From Amoeboradix gromovi X-113 (Eukaryota; Fungi; Sanchytriomycota): 9,954 nucleotides of DNA. The DNA is taken from assembly GCA_018985225.1 (NCBI GenBank), contig JADGIF010000369.1, forward strand, positions 1 through 9,954. Direction: 5' to 3'. Positions 6,545 to 9,954 of this stretch are shown piece by piece (the first letter of the stretch is position 1; each line of letters begins with the position of its first letter). The notes beneath the pieces are model-generated. The model saw nothing but the letters and a program-made list of their open reading frames with translations, did not search any database and was not told the origin of the DNA. Made by a program: the position numbers and the translations under genes.

Positions 6545-8099
6545 TTACAATGCCGTTAAGGTATCCAAGTATCCAATTGCTACGTCCTTGACTATAGATC
6601 TATCTGGAATAGCTGCCACCAAACCATACCTATGTTAATATTATATACATAGCTGCACTACCTCCTTTAATTCCCTTCTTTCCTGTTTTCTTGTATTCAT
6701 TCACGCTCCATTCCAAATCCTTGATAAATGCATCAGGATTGGTTAAATGTGTGCATGCAAAGTGTAAAGCATTTGGGTTTTGCAACGGGTTAAGATGCCA
6801 ATTTTTGGCAGTCATATAGTCATTCAGAATAAATACATCATACCCGTCCATTGAAAACGCGAATACGCTCGTAATTGGGATCCCAATCAATTGCAAGCTC
6901 GGATGCCTTTCAATATAGTTTACAATTTTTTTTGTATTTTTCGCAATCTTGTCTACCGCTTCCATATATCCTCTATTCCCCAATCTTAACATAGCTGCCC
7001 AACAACCACTTATCAAGGCACCAGGCCTCGACCCCCCTAATAATGGAGTGGCATAAACACCCCCAACCCATTCTGTGGAGATATAGTACTGGTACTTTCT
7101 AATATTCTCGCTACTGTACATCACAACGCTTGATCCCTTAGGTGCTAGTCCGTATTTATGGGTATCGCATGAGATTGAAGTAACGCCTGGTAATGTAAAA
7201 TCATATGGCGGGATATTGTACCCCAATTTGACCATGAATGGAAGCATAAAACTACCGAGACAGCAGTCGACGTGACAATATATTTTGTGTTTTAAAGCCA
7301 ACTGACTAATCAATTCAACATCATCCATTGTTCCATAAGGCCAATTAACAGCACTAGCAACTAGCATTATTGTACTACGATTTATTGCAGCCTTAAGTAA
7401 CTTAATGTTAACTCTTCCTTTGTCATCGCAAGGGATTTCTACGTATTTAATATTGAAATAATGGCAACTCTTCATGAACGCAGCATGCGCAGAGCAAGGC
7501 ACAATCATCTCCGGAAATTCAATTCCTCTTACCTTTGCTATATCGCGATATGCTTTACAAGCTAACAAAATAGACTCTGTACCACCACTGCTAACACTTC
7601 CACAGCAATCTTCGTTGCCATTGAATAACTTTAATACCATCTGCACTATTTCAGATTCCATCTGCCTAGTGCTTTTGAAGATCTCTGGATGCAATGGGTT
7701 ACTGGCATAGCACATGACCATTGCGGCCTGAGAAGCTTCAGATACCGACTTTATGTTGTGGTAAATTGCACCAGACATTTGGCCAGTTACGAAATCAGCA
7801 TCATATGATAAATATTCCTGCAACCTTTTTGTTATTGCTGGCAGTTCCATTGGATCCTCTGGCAGTTCTTTGATTGGCTTAACTGGAAGTATCATGGACT
7901 TTCTTAGTTCTTGGATAGCACTGGAGACCTGCTTACTCACCGGGTTGTTTGGTAATATTTTTATAGAAGAAATGAACAGTTTTACAATTGATTTGTAGAC
8001 TATCTTTAATATACCAATTGGACCGTGCTTATATAGTTGGTATAATAAACATAATGCTCCGTATACAGAAAATGAATTGATTGCTTTCGAATGATTCAT
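6545..8099 (-). CDS. SGPL1: Sphingosine-1-phosphate lyase (PLP-dependent); complement join(8099..6649,6629..6545), 511 aa
   Basis: SGAIYH, SNPLHPEIF, SGGTESILLACKAYRD, HVDCCLG, PLP-lysine motif SCDTHKYG, GSRPG; spliced C-terminus AAMYGLVAAIPDRSIVKDVAIGYLDTL matches the family C-terminal pattern. Confidence 0.95.
6630..6648 (-). other. 19-nt spliceosomal intron GTATATAATATTAACATAG (phase 2)
   Basis: GT...AG ends with TTAAC branch-like motif 4 nt before the end; removal converts a truncated AAMYIILT* into the conserved lyase C-terminus AAMYG...IPDRSIV...YLD. Confidence 0.9.
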
Positions 8100-8211
8100 G
8101 ATTTAGATAGTTTCAGATCAGCAATTTTTAAAAATGCGCAGAGCCAGATTTGAGCGCTCTGGCAAGAATGAGGGCAACAAACTGAAGTATAAATGAGCAA
8201 ACGGAATCTTA

Positions 8212-8217
8212 TTTATT
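8212..8217 (-). promoter_or_regulatory. AATAAA polyadenylation signal abutting the transketolase stop (representative; also 1090-1095, 3296-3301, 4347-4352, 4863-4868)
   Basis: AATAAA lies on, or within 10 nt after, the stop codon of five genes, on the coding strand in each case. Confidence 0.6.
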
Positions 8218-9954
8218 TTAAATCAAAGGATTTTCTGTAAAATGTGGGCAAGGTCTACTTTCGAAGTATTCTGCTAATTGTTGAGACTTTTTGGCAATAA
8301 CAACACTAGTAAATCCAAATTTCTCATACACCTCCGTTTGCGGTCCACTAGCACCAAATGTGACCATTCCATGGGCCGCATTTGCATATCTCTCCCACCC
8401 AACAGGACTGCTTGCTTCTACACTCAATACTGGCACTCCAATTGGAAATACCTCAAGCTTGTACTCTTTTGATTGCTGATCGAACAGCTCCCACGATGGC
8501 ATAGAAACAACTCTCATATGTTTGTAAATCTCCATTGCTTCTAAACATAAAGACACCTCAGTTCCTGTAGCTACAACAACTACTTTTACGTCACTGCTTT
8601 CTTTAGCTACATAAGCACCTTTCAACGCTTTTTCTACTGAAGAATTAGGTACACCCATAACTCCATGTCTACTTAACGATAGAACCGTTGGACCTTGGTG
8701 CTCAAGAGCAGCAATATAAGCAGCACTTGTCTCGTTACCATCTGCCGGTCTTAGAAGTAAGCAATTTGGAGTAGCTCTACATAGAGTTAATATCTCTATT
8801 GGCTGGTGAGTAGGACCATCTTCACCAAGCCCAATACTGTCATGAGTCATGATATAGATAACCTTGAATTCACTAAGAGCAGACAACCTGAACCCTCCCT
8901 GCGCATACCCAAGAAAGTTGAGAAATGTGCTTGCAAATGGTATTAATGCTCCATATGCGTACAGCCCATTACAAAAGGCAGCCATAGCATGTTCTCTAAC
9001 TCCGAATCTAAAGTAACGACCATTATAACTTGTCGGCTGAAAATCGGTAGAATCATTCCATTTGGTCAGTGTGGATGGTGTCAAATCAGCGCTACCACCA
9101 ACAATCTCAGGAATTTTGTCACAAATGGCGTTTAGCACAGTTTGACTACATTGTCGAGTAGCCATCTTCTTGGAAGAATCAAATGAAGGGAAAAAGGACC
9201 TATAGTCAGAAGGCAGCCGGTTGCTCAATCTACGAATTAACTCGCTGTGCAGAGAAGGATATTTAGCTTTATAATCTTTCAAAGAGGCCTCCCATTTCTG
9301 AGCAGCATCATTGCCACACTTCTGGTAGTATAGAAACTCGTCTTTTACTTCGGCAGGAACATTGAATGACAGTTCAGGGTCTAGTCCCAATGTCTTTTTA
9401 GTAGCCCTAGTCTTTTCAGGACCTAGTGCACTACCATGCGCCTTTTCTGATCCAGCCACAGGACTCCCAAATCCAATTACAGTTTTGATCTTGATGAAAC
9501 TTGGTTTGTCCTTCACTGCCTTGGCTCTCTCAATAGCCTTGTATATTGCAACAAAGTCTTCAGCACCATCCTGAACAACCTCGGTATGCCAACCATATGA
9601 TTTAAATCTAGCCACCACGTCCTCTGAAAAGGATAATTCAGTAGAGCCATCAATTGTAATCGAATTATCATCATACAGCACAATAAGACGACCAAGTTTA
9701 AGATGGCCAGCTAGAGAAGCAGCCTCGCTGGCTACACCCTCTTGCATACAACCATCCCCGACTATGCAATACGTGTAGTTTTTAAACAGTTCAAATCCTG
9801 GTTTATTAAAAGTAGCCGCCAAGTGTTCCTGAGCAGCCGCTAGTCCTACAGCCTGAGAAACTCCTTGCCCTAGGGGACCGGTACATACTTCAACACCTAC
9901 ATTGTGGGATTCTGGATGGCCGGGAGTTTTGCTGTCAACTTTACGAAACTGCTT
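8218..9954 (-). CDS. TKL1: Transketolase (5'-partial; frame open to the window end)
   Basis: Frame continues past the listed ORF start: KQFRKVDSKTPGHPE...TGPLGQG; TPP-binding GDGCMQEG...YDDN, GGSADLTPS, FGVREHAM, THDSIGLGEDGPTHQP. Confidence 0.97.
   Translation of the reverse strand, partial: KQFRKVDSKTPGHPESHNVGVEVCTGPLGQGVSQAVGLAAAQEHLAATFNKPGFELFKNYTYCIVGDGCMQEGVASEAASLAGHLKLGRLIVLYDDNSITIDGSTELSFSEDVVARFKSYGWHTEVVQDGAEDFVAIYKAIERAKAVKDKPSFIKIKTVIGFGSPVAGSEKAHGSALGPEKTRATKKTLGLDPELSFNVPAEVKDEFLYYQKCGNDAAQKWEASLKDYKAKYPSLHSELIRRLSNRLPSDYRSFFPSFDSSKKMATRQCSQTVLNAICDKIPEIVGGSADLTPSTLTKWNDSTDFQPTSYNGRYFRFGVREHAMAAFCNGLYAYGALIPFASTFLNFLGYAQGGFRLSALSEFKVIYIMTHDSIGLGEDGPTHQPIEILTLCRATPNCLLLRPADGNETSAAYIAALEHQGPTVLSLSRHGVMGVPNSSVEKALKGAYVAKESSDVKVVVVATGTEVSLCLEAMEIYKHMRVVSMPSWELFDQQSKEYKLEVFPIGVPVLSVEASSPVGWERYANAAHGMVTFGASGPQTEVYEKFGFTSVVIAKKSQQLAEYFESRPCPHFTENPLI

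Noticed and set aside
8100-8217. TPP riboswitch next to the TPP-dependent transketolase (CTGATCTG seen on the minus strand)
   Set aside because: Lacks the CTGAGA and ATAATGCCAGCG-type conserved blocks.
1-9954. Stop-codon reassignment (TAA/TAG read as Gln) as explanation for interrupted ORFs
   Set aside because: Conserved proteins such as P2 end at TAA at the expected position and have no internal TAA/TAG; both interruptions need frame changes that introns explain.
1-9954. Mobile elements, CRISPR arrays, tRNA or rRNA genes
   Set aside because: No transposase or RT motifs, long terminal repeats, spaced repeats or cloverleaf/rRNA signatures were seen by eye.

Overview
AT-rich, extremely gene-dense eukaryotic nuclear DNA using the standard genetic code; the proteins look fungal/opisthokont, and an early-diverging fungus or relative with a compacted genome is my inference. 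Recognisable genes: NAD(P)HX dehydratase (NAXD), REV7/MAD2L2 HORMA protein, ribosomal protein P2, EMC7, condensin kleisin CAP-H/Brn1, sphingosine-1-phosphate lyase and a 5'-truncated transketolase. Most spacers are 2-120 nt. Main observations: (1) two GT-AG introns of only 19 and 20 nt share a fused branch-point/acceptor end (YTAAYWTAG) and each is independently supported by protein evidence; (2) splicing one of them reveals a pair of unannotated paralogous ~247-aa membrane proteins flanking REV7, sharing NQYPP, SYxPL, one TM helix and an 18-aa tail with Y-x-K-hydrophobic; (3) a 35-bp bidirectional promoter has an inverted TGAAACAT repeat whose core recurs near other starts; (4) a 726-nt gap remains unexplained.
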